Made by a program: the position numbers and the translations under genes. A stretch of DNA of 64,000 nucleotides, from contig CAWJRJ010000018.1 of NCBI GenBank assembly GCA_963845245.1, positions 96,001 to 160,000 on the forward strand, in the 5' to 3' direction. Positions 1 to 12,003 of the stretch are shown here, piece by piece. The DNA is from Nitrospirota bacterium. Lineage in GTDB: Bacteria > Nitrospirota > JACRHJ01. The number at the start of each line of letters is the position of its first letter. The stretch's first letter is position 1. The notes beneath the pieces were generated by a model that saw only the letters and a list, made by a program, of their open reading frames with translations, did not search any database and was not told the origin of the DNA.

Positions 1-3000
1 CGCGCCAAGCACGGTAATGCTGTCATCCGTAAAGCCTGTAACGGCGGTCAGTAACGTTACCCTTACATGGACTGCTCCGTCCGATATCGGTACTATATCG
101 GGTTACAATATCTACAGGAAGGCCAGCTCCGCTCTCACCCAGACCGACCTGATCCCGGCCAACATGGTTGCCGGCCCGGTATCAGGGCTTACTACCCAGG
201 TGGCCATACCGGGCACGGGTACGACCTACTACTATTCGGTAACGGCTATCGACCAGTCTTCTGGAAAAGAATCCAAGCTGGGCAATTCTCTGTCGGTGAG
301 CATACCCTCACCGCCGTCCGGTTTGACAGCTACAAAGCAGTCAAACTCTGTCGCAAGCTTGAGCTGGACGGCGCCTGCTTACATGACGAACTTCCAGAAC
401 TACAAGGTATACCAGCGCAGGAATGGAGGAAGCTGGTCGGCGCCAACGAACGTTTCCTCTACTTCTTCCAGCATAAACCTCATTGGCCTGGAGCCGGGCA
501 CATATGATTTTGGCGTAACGGCATACTACAGCACGTACTCTGGCACCACGCCCTATGAGTCCGTTATGTCTACTGCGTCGTTAAGCATTACCGACACGGT
601 GACACCGGCCACTATAGCCTCCGTCTCAGGCGTCGTTACTGCACCTTCGTATGATCACGCGAGCATAAACTGGACTGCGCCGTCTGATCAGAATTACATC
701 ACATATACCCCGTCCGGCGTAGACCATTACATAGTAGAGGCAAGCTACAATGGCGGCTCATACTCGACATTAAACAGCAATTATCAGCCGGCAGGCTATA
801 ACAACCCGGGCTCCACGATTGTATTCAACGATTCGAACACGCTGGCCCCAGGCACGTCAGCCTTATATCGTATCCAGTCGGTGGACGCCTCAAATAATTA
901 CTCCGCGAAAACGACCAGCTCGCCTGTATACGCAAAGCCGACAGCGGTAAACCTCGGCGTCGCCAGTTCAGCCACCACGTCCGCAAATGTCCTGACATTC
1001 GGGCCGTCGACGAGTCTTGCCGGGCTTTCGAGCTACAAGATATACGCAAAGGAACAGGGCACCGCGCTGGCCGACTTGACGGGGCTCACCCTAATAACCA
1101 CCACCACTACCAACCTAGGGTCGTCTCAGACCTTTATCCATAGCCTTCAAAATGCCGTCTTGGCGGCTGAGGTAGGGCATACATACGCCTATGCCGTGGT
1201 AACGGAGGACATAAACGGTGCGAAATCAGCAATTTCGACCGGGACTCAGACCTATAACCAGGTGGTAGACAAGGACAGCCCTGCCAAGGTGACAGACCTT
1301 GCGGTTACGACGGTCATAGGCACCAACCAGGTGACGCTTACATGGAGCACGCCGCTTGATAATTCCGGACGCGGGCATCGGTACCGGTGCGCAATACTAT
1401 GCAGATATATCGGTCACCTGCAAGCTCCATCGGAACAACCGTTGCAGTGACGGACAGCAATTTCAGCGACACCAACAACGTCACATTGGTATACAGCGGC
1501 ACTTACGCATCAAGCCTGGCTGGTACACCGAACAGCTTCAACACTACCGGGTACGACAGTCGAGCGCATACTACGCGGTGCGCTCGATTGATAACGTCGG
1601 CAATTGGTCACCCATATCCAACAGCCCGTTAATTATGGTGGGCAAGGACGTCCAGGCGCCATCACCTCCCGTGATAACCGCTTGCACACCCAAAGGCATC
1701 GCCAGAGATGGACATAACCTGGTCTCCCGCGATCGACAACGTAGGCATAAACGGCTACATGTTGTACAGGGCGGACGTGGATGTCGAGCCGTTCCTTAGC
1801 GACAAATGCATAACCGAGAACAACATCGGCCAGGCGCAGGTTGCGTTCAACCTCTATACCGTACAACTATACATCTATTCCTGACACCGGAGGCACGCCG
1901 GGCAAGACCTACTACTACGCAATGAGGGCTTGGGATGACGAGTTCAACTATCTCGAACATATCGAACTGCGCCATAGCTACGGTGCGCACGACTAATACC
2001 GACACCACGCCGCCGACATGGACCGGTACGCCGCTTACTGTTGCGGCTCAGTCGTATCCCGATATAGATTTGAACTGGACACCGGCTACTGACAGGGACA
2101 ACTCATCCAACCCCGGCACTGTCGACCATTACGACATATACAGGAGCCTGGCGTCGTTTAGCTCGACTGCTGACCCGGGCGTGACGAAGATCGCCACGGT
2201 ATCCGGCATCCGTGACTCGTACATCGACAAGAGCGGTGACCACAGCACGACATATTACTATGGCATAGTGGCGGTGGACGCCTCGACGAACCATAATGCG
2301 AGCGTCCTCAGCAACATCGGTTCCGCGACTGTAGAGGTAGCTCCTTCTCCGGACAACACTAAGCCCACGGTGCCCGGTACGTTGGCCGCGGCGACAGGCG
2401 TGTTCCCGTACATAAACCTGAGCTGGATACCGTCCACCGACATGGATGATGCAGCCAACCCGCAGCCGTTGCTTTACTATAAGCTCTACCGCGCTGACTA
2501 TCCGGCCGACGTTACGGACGCTAACAAGGACAACACGTCGCTGGTGAAGACGTTTATAATTGCGCACGATGCCGCAACATACATCGCCACGGGCGCAGGC
2601 TCGGCTGTCTACAACTACCGGCTTGAGGCGTTCGACCTTGCGGGTAACTCTTCAGGCCTCAGCAACGAGGTGACCGGCACCGTGGCGTCCGCGCCATGTG
2701 TAGACACGACAGCCCCGACAGCACCTGCGAGCCTTGCGGCAATCGTAGGGCCTTCGCCCGACATGGCGCTCTCCTGGGCGGCGTCGACGGACGTCGGCTG
2801 CACGGATCCACCGGTCATAGACCACTACAACCTGTACAAGGCGACATACACGATAAGCGCCTCTACTGACCTTAGGACGATAACCCCGATATTGGTTGCA
2901 GGCAACAATGCCACCTTCACCGATTCGACTGGCGCGCCTAATACCACGTACTGGTATGTCCTGACGGCGGTAGACCCGTCCGGCAACGAGTCCGGGAAGT

Positions 3001-3368
3001 CGAACATCATCACGATGACTACAGCCGCTGATACGATGGCTCCTGCGGCGATAACCGACCTGAAGGCTTCGCCTTCCCTGGGCCAGGTACAGCTAACGTG
3101 GTGCAAGCCGTCCGACAACGTCGGCGTGAACCATTACGACATCTACAGGAAGGATCAGGGCACCATCCTGACGGACGCGGATATTGTACCGGCCAACAAG
3201 ATAGCCACGTTCACGAATGCCGGCGCCTGCCTGTCTTACAACGATTCTACCGGCCTGACCAGCGGCCACACGTACAGCTACGCGGTGATATCCGTGGATG
3301 GGGCCGGTAACCGCGCCACGATAAGCAGGGGCCAGGCCACAGGCGATACTATCGCGACGCTGCCATAA
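1..3368 (+). CDS. Large fibronectin type III repeat extracellular protein, 5' truncated by the window edge; fragments joined across probable indel errors near 1370-1935
   Basis: ORFs 17..1450 and 1935..3368 plus bridging pieces carry repeated FN3 signatures (LxWTAP, GYxIYR, YYYxVxAxD, GNxS), Ser/Thr-rich. Confidence 0.85.
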
Positions 3369-3395
3369 AACAAAGAAACGATGCAATCCAATTTG

Positions 3396-3426
3396 AAAAA
3401 AGGCTGCCAAATCAGGCAGCCTTTTT
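3396..3426 (+). terminator. Intrinsic terminator, possibly bidirectional
   Basis: AAAAAAGGCTGCC-aaatca-GGCAGCCTTTTT. Confidence 0.8.
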
Positions 3427-3514
3427 GTTTACTATATGATAAGTAAATTAATTACTTGACTTTAGTTTTAATTTATATGATATTTTATGTTATCGAATTA
3501 AATCGGGAGGAGCA

Positions 3515-3990
3515 ATGGGCTTTTACGACGAAGTGATTTTGAAAGACGCCCGCTATAAGAGCAAGAAACTGGTTGCTGATATGGGCCTACTGGAGCCTGT
3601 GATGCGGCAGAAAGTGGAAGCGGTAATTGAAGATGCGAAGGCCCACGGAATAAACCTTATGGTATTTGAAACTTTTCGCAGCCTGGCCCGGCAGGAAGAG
3701 CTTTTCGCGCAGGGCGCGACAAAGCTGAAAAAAGTTGGGGTCCATAATTACGGGCTTGCCTGTGATATAGTGAAGTCAGTTGGCGGCACCCCTTCCTGGA
3801 AGGGGGACTTTTCTTTGCTGGGTCAGCTTGCACGTGAGCACGGTCTGATATGGGGCGGTGACTGGGGTTCACCCAAATCAAGGCATAGCTTTGTTGATCC
3901 GGTCCACGTGCAGAGGATAACTGTGGCGAAAGCAGGCTGCATTGTTTAAGGGCGAATGGTATCCGGACGATGACTACGACCCGTATAAAT
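3515..3990 (+). CDS. M15 family zinc peptidase (L-Ala-D-Glu peptidase/CwlK-like); indel near the C-terminus
   Basis: ETFRSLARQEELF, HNYGLACD, WGGDW and DPVH motifs; alternative frame continues ALFKGEWYPDDDYDPYK to TAA at ~3990. Confidence 0.8.
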
Positions 3991-3999
3991 AATAATGTC

Positions 4000-5121
4000 T
4001 CATTTCGCCATGCCGCAGAGGTTCTTCCCTATCTCAAGTTCTTTCAGTGTTGCCTCGTCCGGTCTATTCCAGCCGAGGTTGACCTTTCTGATATCCTGAT
4101 ACCGTTCGGGGTTTATCGGGAGGCTTGAGTTGACGAAAGATATGAACGGTTTGATATCCCTTATCCGGTAGAGGTCTTTCTCGCGCCTTGCATCACCCAA
4201 TGTTGTTTTGATTGTGTTATTAGAGTCCTGCTCGCTCAAGGAAGTAGCATGGGAGGGCAGCACTATCGTATCGTCTGGCAGCCCAGACAGTGTGTCGAAA
4301 AGGGTGTCATGGAGCTGGACAGCCCATTCCTCGGCCTTGCCACCGAGGTCCGGCCTTCCGATGCTTTGCTTCATTATTATGTCACCAGTGAACAGGAAAC
4401 GCTTATCAAGATAGAATGATGTGCTGCCAGGGGTGTGGCCCGGTGTATGGATGGCCTCGATGGTGTTTGCGCCAAAACGGACCAGTTGACGATCGGCCAA
4501 CGGGTTAAATCCTATCGTAGCTCCGCCCATGTCTCCCGGGTGGATATAATAAATGGCACCAGCCTTATCGGCAAGTTCTCTGCCGCCGGATATATGGTCG
4601 GCATGCAGGTGGGTGTCGAGCACGTACTTGATCTTTACGCCAAGCTTCTCGGACAAGGCAATAACGTGGTCAAAGTGGCGGGTGACGTCTATTGCGACGG
4701 CCTCCTTGCCTGAAACCACCATGTATGAGATACAACCCCTTGCCGCCCTGAATATCTGGTAGATGGCAGGCGTGTCGTTAACCTTGACATCTTCGTAGAA
4801 CTCGCTCCAGGAATCCAGCCCACCTTCGACTGCTATTGCGTTGAATCCATTCTGTTGTAGTTGTTCCGCTGAATATTTCGCTGCGTCGCCGTGCGGGCAG
4901 ATAATTGTAATCTGTCTGTTTTTTGGGAACCTGTCGAGGTATTTCTCCTCTTCGCCGACGAACATGACCTGCGGGATGTTCAGTGTCTCAATGGGGATAT
5001 GGCCCTCGATACGCCACGCCTCGAAGTCTTGTTCATTTCTCAGATCGAAGAGGAACTGCACCTCATTGTTGTCGAGCATCCTCTTGAATTCTGTTACTGA
5101 AACCGAAAACTTGCCGTCCAT
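4000..5121 (-). CDS. Rhodanese + metallo-beta-lactamase fusion (persulfide dioxygenase/sulfurtransferase-like)
   Basis: N-terminal rhodanese with ICPHG active-site Cys, THLHADH, HTPGHTPGS and FTGD motifs, C-terminal GKNLC. Confidence 0.85.
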   Translation of the reverse strand: MDGKFSVSVTEFKRMLDNNEVQFLFDLRNEQDFEAWRIEGHIPIETLNIPQVMFVGEEEKYLDRFPKNRQITIICPHGDAAKYSAEQLQQNGFNAIAVEGGLDSWSEFYEDVKVNDTPAIYQIFRAARGCISYMVVSGKEAVAIDVTRHFDHVIALSEKLGVKIKYVLDTHLHADHISGGRELADKAGAIYYIHPGDMGGATIGFNPLADRQLVRFGANTIEAIHTPGHTPGSTSFYLDKRFLFTGDIIMKQSIGRPDLGGKAEEWAVQLHDTLFDTLSGLPDDTIVLPSHATSLSEQDSNNTIKTTLGDARREKDLYRIRDIKPFISFVNSSLPINPERYQDIRKVNLGWNRPDEATLKELEIGKNLCGMAK

Positions 5122-5227
5122 GTTGAACCCCCTAAAGGCATATGAAAAATGCATTCGATACTATAAGACTGCCGTGATTTTATAACTAACTATGGTTAAG
5201 TTTACCTCGGATGCGCGAGATTTTCAA

Positions 5228-5255
5228 TTGACTTAGCCTCTTTTTAATGTATACT
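5228..5255 (+). promoter_or_regulatory. Sigma70-like promoter for the cob operon
   Basis: TTGACT-16 nt-TATACT directly upstream of the riboswitch. Confidence 0.5.
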
Positions 5256-5264
5256 CGAATGTAT

Positions 5265-5412
5265 ATTTATAACCTAAATCCAGGGAAGACGGTGTGAACC
5301 CGTCACTGCCCCGCAACTGTAAACGGTTAGCCCTATCCATTTAGCCACTGTCCACAAAAGGATGGGAAGGCTGGACAAGGGTGACGATCCGTAAGTCAGG
5401 ATACCTGGTATA
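5265..5412 (+). ncRNA. Cobalamin riboswitch 1
   Basis: AGGGAA-GACGGTGTGAACCCGTC-CTGCCCCGCAACTGTAA, GCCACTG...GGGAAG, AAGTCAGGATACC core motifs upstream of cob genes. Confidence 0.92.
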
Positions 5413-5461
5413 GCTTATTACCTTCCGAGGGGGAGGGTGGGCGCGTACCGAAGCATCCGCA

Positions 5462-5495
5462 CCCCCTGTCCCCAAAAAGGCAGGGTTTTTTGTTT
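5462..5495 (+). terminator. Riboswitch expression-platform terminator
   Basis: CCCTG...CAGGG stem followed by a T-run before the cobO RBS. Confidence 0.7.
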
Positions 5496-5504
5496 TGGAG
5501 GGTT

Positions 5505-6046
5505 ATGCCGGAAAAAGGCCTGACACACGTATATACCGGTTTATCAAAGGGCAAGACGACTGCCGCGTTCGGACTTGCTTTGCGGGCGCTTGGGAACGGC
5601 ATGAAGGTGCTTGTCATCCAGTTCCTCAAAGGCGGCGGCAGACTCTCCGGAGAGGCCAGGTTTCTCTCCGAAGACGCCAGGAGCGGAGGTTATATGCTTC
5701 ACCGACCAGCGCCACCCGATCTTCTCTGAAGGATAAAGATGGAGATAACGAGGCCCTTGTTGCCTCGATAAAACGAGGCTTCGAGACAGCCCGCGATAAG
5801 ATTCTTTCAGGGACATACGGCCTGGTGGTGCTCGACGAGATAAACAACTGCATGCGCGAGGGCTGGCTTGATGTCCGTGAGGTAGTGAGACTCATCGAGG
5901 AAAAGCCGGATAGTGTTGAGCTTGTGCTGACCGGCAGGGGCTGCCCCAAAGAGATTATAGACGTCGCCGACTATGTCACCGAGATGCAGGTGGTAAAACA
6001 CCCGGCGCAAAATGGAGTGAAGGCCAGGAAAGGGATAGAATATTGA
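5505..6046 (+). CDS. cobO: Cob(I)alamin adenosyltransferase (indel ~5670)
   Basis: VYTG..KGKTTAAFGLALRA, IQFLKG, VVLDEI, ELVLTGR, ADYVTEM..VKHP, ARKGIEY. Confidence 0.93.
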
Positions 6047-6565
6047 GCTTTGTGTTTGTTACAGGAGGCGCGCGTTCCGGAAAAAGCGACTATGCGATGT
6101 CGCTTGCGGAAAAGGCCGGTGGGTGGCTTGTATATATAGCTACCGCATCGGCGGGTGACGACGAGATGCGCGATCGTATTGAGATACACAGGCGTTCACG
6201 CGGCATGAACTGGAAGACCATTGAGGAACCGCTCGATATTGTCCGGTGCTGTCTCTTCTCTGGGTGGAGACGGTGTCTCCATAGTGATCGACTGCCTGAC
6301 TTTATGGCTCACAAACCTCATGATGGATGACTCAGACGGGTTTGAGGAAACGGCACTGGACAGGGCACGTGAGTTGGCGAATGCGCTGCGTGCGTTCAAG
6401 GGTAATGTGGTTGTAGTTTCGAATGAGGTCGGCCTCGGCATTGTGCCTGAAAACGCACTTTCCAGGAGGTTCAGAGACGCTGCCGGCCTCGCGAACAGGG
6501 TTATGGCCGCCTCCGCCGATGAGGTCTATCTGGTGGTATCCGGGATACCGGTGAAGATAAAATAA
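6043..6565 (+). CDS. cobU: Adenosylcobinamide kinase/guanylyltransferase (indel ~6240)
   Basis: [41 protein letters not shown]. Confidence 0.93.
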
Positions 6566-6581
6566 TAGAGGAAGGCAAATC

Positions 6582-7643
6582 ATGGGTCTTTTAAGCGATA
6601 CACTCGAATTAATCAAAACCGTGGACGATTCCCGCGCGCACGAGATACAGCGCAGGCTGGACAACAAGACCAAGCCGCCCGGAAGCCTCGGACGCCTCGA
6701 GGAACTGGCGAAGAGCGTCTGCCTTATGACCGGCAAGGACGACCCGGATGTAGGCAAGAAGGCGGTCTTCGTATTCGCCGGAGACCACGGCGTTGCGGAT
6801 GAAGGCGTGAGCGCGTACCCAAAGGCCGTTACCGCGCAGATGGTCTATAACTTCGTTCGGGGCGGCGCGGGTGTCAACGTGCTGGCCCGGCATGTTGGCG
6901 CGGAAGTCATCGTCGCGGATATCGGTGTTGACCACGACTTCGAGCCGGTGGACGGCCTTCGCATCGTCAAAGTGGCACACGGCACGAAGAACATGGCGGC
7001 CGGACCTGCCATGACAAGGGATGAGGCGGTGCGGGCGATCGAGGTCGGCATAGGCATTGTGAACGAATTTGCACAGAAGGGCTACGGTATTGTCGGTACT
7101 GGCGACATGGGCATAGCCAACACGACGCCGTCTGCCGCGATTGCCGCCGTGTTCACTGGCCTGCCGGTCGAGTCTGTAACCGGTTACGGTACCGGCATAA
7201 CTGACTCAAGCTTTGCGAACAAGGTCTCGGTGATAAAGAGGGCCATAGATGTAAACAGGCCGGACCCGGCTGACGCGCTCGACGTGCTTGCAAAGGTTGG
7301 CGGGCTTGAGATAGCCGGTATTGCCGGTGTGGTCCTTGGCGCAGCCGCAAACAGGATACCTGTGGTGGTGGACGGCTTCATATCCTCCGCAGGCGCGCTT
7401 GTCGCGTGCGAGTTGAAGCCTGAGGTGAAATCATATATAATAGCTGCACACCGCTCGGTCGAGGTCGGACACATGGCCGTGTTGAGCAGGATCGGCCAAA
7501 CGCCGCTCCTTGACCTTGGCATGCGCCTTGGCGAGGGTACCGGCGCAGCCCTGGCGATGGGTCTTGTGGATGCCGGTCTTAAAATACTTCGGGAGATGGC
7601 GACCTTCGGCGAGGCCGGGGTGGAGTCGGACAAGATAAACTGA
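6582..7643 (+). CDS. cobT: Nicotinate-nucleotide-benzimidazole phosphoribosyltransferase
   Basis: [35 protein letters not shown]. Confidence 0.96.
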   Translation: MGLLSDTLELIKTVDDSRAHEIQRRLDNKTKPPGSLGRLEELAKSVCLMTGKDDPDVGKKAVFVFAGDHGVADEGVSAYPKAVTAQMVYNFVRGGAGVNVLARHVGAEVIVADIGVDHDFEPVDGLRIVKVAHGTKNMAAGPAMTRDEAVRAIEVGIGIVNEFAQKGYGIVGTGDMGIANTTPSAAIAAVFTGLPVESVTGYGTGITDSSFANKVSVIKRAIDVNRPDPADALDVLAKVGGLEIAGIAGVVLGAAANRIPVVVDGFISSAGALVACELKPEVKSYIIAAHRSVEVGHMAVLSRIGQTPLLDLGMRLGEGTGAALAMGLVDAGLKILREMATFGEAGVESDKIN

Positions 7644-7644
7644 T

Positions 7645-8401
7645 ATGCCAAGCTTTCTTACCGCAATTAATTTCCTGACGATATTCCCGTTTGCCAGAGG
7701 CAAGGCGGTGGAGCCGCGCGAGCTCGCATCCTCCATGGCCCTGTTCCCGCTCGTCGGGGTCTGGCTTGGCGCATGCATGTGGTTGATGGACAAGTACCTG
7801 TGTCTCATCCTTCCCGGTATGGGTGGTCGCATGCCTTATCGTCGCCTTCCTGGCGATAGTAACCGGCGGGCTGCACCTGGATGGTTTTGCCGATACGCTG
7901 GACGGGTTTTATGCCGGACGCGGCGACCGTGCCAGGACGCTTGAGGTAATGAAGGACAGCAGGGTCGGCGCAATGGGCGTAATCGGCCTTGTGCTTCTGC
8001 TTATGCTCAAGGTTGCCGCTGTTGCGAGTATACCTACAGGGCTTCGCGGGCAGGCGCTCCTTCTAATGCCTGCCATATCCCGCTGGTCGCAGGTGCAGGT
8101 ATCCATAGGTTCGGAATATGCGCGCAAGGAAGGGAGCCTCGCGAAGGCGTTCGTCGAGTTCCTGGAATGGAAACACTTTGCGACGGCAACGATCGTTACC
8201 TGTGTCGCTGTCGTTTTGCTCTCCGGTACATACGGCATGGCTGCCTTTGCAGTGGCCGGTATCTTTACCTTCGCCGCAAGGGCGTATTTTAAAAGCAGGA
8301 TAGGCGGTGTTACCGGGGACACCATAGGCGCCGTCAATGAGATTAACGAGGTGCTGGTGCTTCTTGTTTTTTGCGTGTCGTTGGAAATATTCAAGGGGTA
8401 G
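7645..8401 (+). CDS. cobS: Cobamide synthase (indel ~7820)
   Basis: FLTIFP, TGGLHLDGFADTLDG, MKDSRVGAMG, GGVTGDTIGA. Confidence 0.93.
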
Positions 8402-8408
8402 GATAAAT

Positions 8409-9005
8409 ATGTATACTAGACTTTACCTTTGCAGGCATGGGGAGGTAAACGGCGACGGACAGCGGAGGTATAACGGCCACCGCGACGTCGATATAACCGA
8501 AGTCGGCGTCAGGCAGATGGAGGCGCTCAGGGAAAAGCTGAAGGGTGCGTCCCTTTCCGGCATCTATTCATCTGACCTGATCAGGACGATAAAGGGTGCC
8601 GAGATTATAGGCGAGGCACATGATGCTCCAAAGATAAAAAAGCCGGAGTTCAAGGAGCGTGGAGTCGGGCTGTGGGAAGGGCTGAGCTTTGACGAGATTG
8701 CGACCAGATACCCCGATGACTGGAATGCATGGCTTAGCGATGTAGTCCATTTCGTCCCGCCCGGAGGCGAATCCGTCCAGGAGGTCTCAGACCGCGTACT
8801 TCCGGCGCTGTATCAGGCCATGGAGGAACATAAAGGCAGCGAGATAGTTCTTGTCGCGCATGGCGGCGTAAACAGGGTGATACTCTCGCACGCGCTCGGA
8901 CTTGACATGAAGCATATATTCAGAATAGAACAGGCGTACGGCGCACTTAATATAATCGACTTCTACCACGACGGGTACCCGGTGGTGAAACTTCTGAACG
9001 GATAA
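8409..9005 (+). CDS. cobC: Alpha-ribazole phosphatase (histidine phosphatase)
   Basis: RHG motif, YSSDL, PPGGES, VAHGGV; cob operon context. Confidence 0.85.
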   Translation: MYTRLYLCRHGEVNGDGQRRYNGHRDVDITEVGVRQMEALREKLKGASLSGIYSSDLIRTIKGAEIIGEAHDAPKIKKPEFKERGVGLWEGLSFDEIATRYPDDWNAWLSDVVHFVPPGGESVQEVSDRVLPALYQAMEEHKGSEIVLVAHGGVNRVILSHALGLDMKHIFRIEQAYGALNIIDFYHDGYPVVKLLNG

Positions 9006-9011
9006 ATAAAT

Positions 9012-10394
9012 ATGCAAGGTTCAATAATACTGGCAGGCACGAACAGCGGCGTCGGGAAGACGACCATAAGCATCGGCATAATGGCCGCGCTCAAGGCACG
9101 CGGCTTCAACGTCCAGCCCTTCAAGGTCGGCCCGGACTTCATCGACCCTGCATACCACGCCCATGTCACCGGAAAGATTTCAAGGAACCTCGACGGCTGG
9201 ATGATGGGAGTGAAGGCGGTGCGGGAGGTCTACGCGAGGGCATCTGAGGGCTGTGATATATCTATCATTGAGGGTGTCATGGGCCTGTTCGACGGTACCG
9301 GCAAGAACGGCCTTCAGGGGAGCACTGCCGAGGCCGCGAAGCTGACAGGCGCGCCGGTAATCCTTATCGTTGACGCAAGGAGCATGGCCGGGAGCGCCGC
9401 CGCGGTGGTCAAGGGTTTCGAGTCGCTCGACCCCGATGTCAAGGTAGAAGGCGTAATTTTGAACCGTGTCGGCTCCAAGAGGCATGAGGACCTGCTCAGG
9501 CAGGCGATTGCAAAACACTGCCGGGCAAAGGTCATTGGAGTAATACCCAGAGACGAGGCGCTTGAGATACCGTCCAGGCACCTGGGCCTTACCACTGACG
9601 TGGCGAGCATTCTTACAAAAAAATATCATCAAGAAGCTGACGGCTACTATTGAATCATCGGTGGACATGGATTCGCTTTTGAAAATATCCAGAAAGGCAA
9701 GCAAACCCGAGGCCTGTGCTACTATCCCGGTTGTCAAGAAATCGGCCCGCATTGCAGTCGCAATGGATGAGGCCTTCTGCTTCTATTACAAGGACAACCT
9801 GGAACTGCTTGAGTCATATGGCCTGGAGATAGTCCCGTTCAGTCCGCTCAAGGACGATGGCCTTGCCTGCAGGATATAAAAGGCATATACATCGGCGGCG
9901 GCTACCCGGAGATGTATGCGCGTGGCCTTGCCTTCAATGACTTCGTAAAGCACGACATAAAGGCCGCGGCGGATGCAGGGATACCGATATACGCCGAGTG
10001 CGGCGGACTTATGTACCTGACGCAGGGAATTACTGACCTCGAAGGTGTTTTCTTTCCTATGTCGGGAGTCCTTCCTACGAAGGCGAAGATGCTCCCAAAA
10101 AGAAAGGCGCTCGGCTACCGCGAGGTAACGGTATCGAAAGGGACTTTCTTCCCGGAAGGCGGGAAGGCCCGCGGGCACGAGTTCCATTACTCGGAGATCG
10201 AGTCGATGGGAGCAGGTATCAAGACAGCATACTCGATGCGTAAGATAGGCGAAGAAAAGGAAGTAAAGGAAGGATTTGTAACGGCGAACGTGCTGGCAAG
10301 CTACGTGCACCTGCATTTTATGTCAAACAGGTCGTTTGCCAAATCGTTCGCTGACAATATAAATAAGGTACAGGCGCCCTTTAAAAGGGCTTAA
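9012..10394 (+). CDS. cbiA: Cobyrinate a,c-diamide synthase (two indels)
   Basis: [64 protein letters not shown]. Confidence 0.93.
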
Positions 10395-10533
10395 AAGGGA
10401 ACCCCGTGAGATACGGGGGCGGGCCCGCCGCTGTTACCGGGGACGAAACCCCAATACGCCACTGTCCGGCCATAAGCCGGATGGGAAGGTGGGGTCAAGG
10501 ACGAACCGGAAGCCAGAAGACCTGCCTGATACC
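10367..10533 (+). ncRNA. Cobalamin riboswitch 2
   Basis: AAAAGGGAACCCCGTGAGATACGGGG, GCCCGCCGCTGT, GCCACTG...GGGAAGG, AGCCAGAAGACCTGCC; P1 GGTACAGG/CCTGATACC. Confidence 0.93.
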
Positions 10534-10612
10534 ATATGAATGCAACCGCTGGCTGCGTGTTTTGCAGGGATGGCCTTCGAGGAAAAGGGCCGGAAGCGGA
10601 CGCGTATGCTCC

Positions 10613-10649
10613 AACCCCGGTCTTAAAAGAGGCCGGGGTTTTTTGTTTT
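10613..10649 (+). terminator. Riboswitch-controlled terminator
   Basis: AACCCCGG...CCGGGGTT followed by a T-run. Confidence 0.8.
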
Positions 10650-10664
10650 AGAAGGAGGAATAAA

Positions 10665-11988
10665 ATGTCGTCACAGGTTGAACTGGCAGTGAAAGGGATT
10701 ATCACGAAACAAATGGAGGCAGTTGCGGCACAGGAGGGCGTAACGCCTGAGTACGTGCGCGACATGACCGCACAGGGGAAGATCGTTATACCGAACAACA
10801 TAAACCGTGTGTCCAACGTCGTCGGTATTGGCAAGGGCCTGAAGACGAAGATAAACGCGAGCATCGGCACGTCGACGGATATCGCAGACATGGCCCTTGA
10901 GATGGAAAAGGCGAAGACAGCCGAGGCATGCGGTGCCGACTCGTTGATGGAGCTTTCAGTCGGCGGCGACATCCCGAAGATCAGGCGTGAGATATTATCG
11001 TCCATAAACCTTCCTGTCGGTACAGTGCCGCTGTACCAGGCATTCGCACAGGCGATAAAGAAATACGGCAGCCCGGTGGACATGCCGGCGGAGATGCTTT
11101 TCGACGTGATCGAGGAGCAGTGCGCGGACGGCATAGCGTTCATGGCCATCCATTGCGGGATCAACCGCGTGACGATCGACAGGCTTAAAAAGCAGGGCTA
11201 CCGCTACGGCGGTCTGGTATCAAAGGGCGGCGCGTACATGGTCGCATGGATGATGCACAACAACAAGGAGAACCCGCTTTTCGAGCATTTCGACAGGGTG
11301 GCCGAGATATTGAAGAAATACGACTGCGTCCTCTCGCTCGGAAACGGGTTCAGGGCCGGTGCTATACACGACTCCTCCGACCGCTGCCAGATGCAGGAGC
11401 TGATCATAAACTGCGAACTTGCCGAGGAAGGCAGGAGGCAGGGCTGCCAGATGATGGTTGAGGGGCCGGGCCATATCCCAATCGATGAGATAGAGGCAAA
11501 CATAATCATCCAGAAGCGGATGTCGAACGAGGCGCCGTTTTATGTGCTCGGGCCTATTACCACTGACGTCGCGCCGGGATACGACCATATCACGTCGGCG
11601 ATAGGTGCGTCGCTCTCATCCGCATACGGCGCGGACTTCATATGCTACGTAACTCCATCAGAGCACCTGGCGCTCCCAAATGTCCAGGACGTGAAGGACG
11701 GAGTGATGGCGGCCAAGATAGCCGCATATATAGGGGACATGATTAAATACAAAAACCGCGACCGTGACAAGGAAATGAGCCTGGCGCGCCGTTCGCTCGA
11801 CTGGAACAAACAGTTTGAGCCTCGCCATAACCGGCGACAGGCCGCGCGAGATAAGGGCATCCAGAATGCCCGCTGAAGAAGGTTCCTGCACTATGTGCGG
11901 AGAATTCTGCGCAACCAAAATAGTCACAAAGTATTTTGAGACTGATATTGAAAGAGGGGACAAGAAGTGGGCCTGCAGTCCGCTTTAA
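10665..11988 (+). CDS. bzaF: ThiC-family radical SAM enzyme, most likely 5-hydroxybenzimidazole synthase (indel ~11820)
   Basis: ThiC-like motifs (INASIGTS, MELSVGG, VEGPGH, PGYDHIT, TPSEHL); shifted C-terminus has the CTMCGEFC Fe-S motif; GYRYGGLVSKGG resembles Geobacter BzaF as I recall it; B12 riboswitch and cob context. Confidence 0.82.
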
Positions 11989-12003
11989 GGATGGAAGGCC
12001 GGC

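Noticed and set aside
10665..11988. Annotation as thiamine gene thiC
   Set aside because: B12 riboswitch and cob context favour bzaF.
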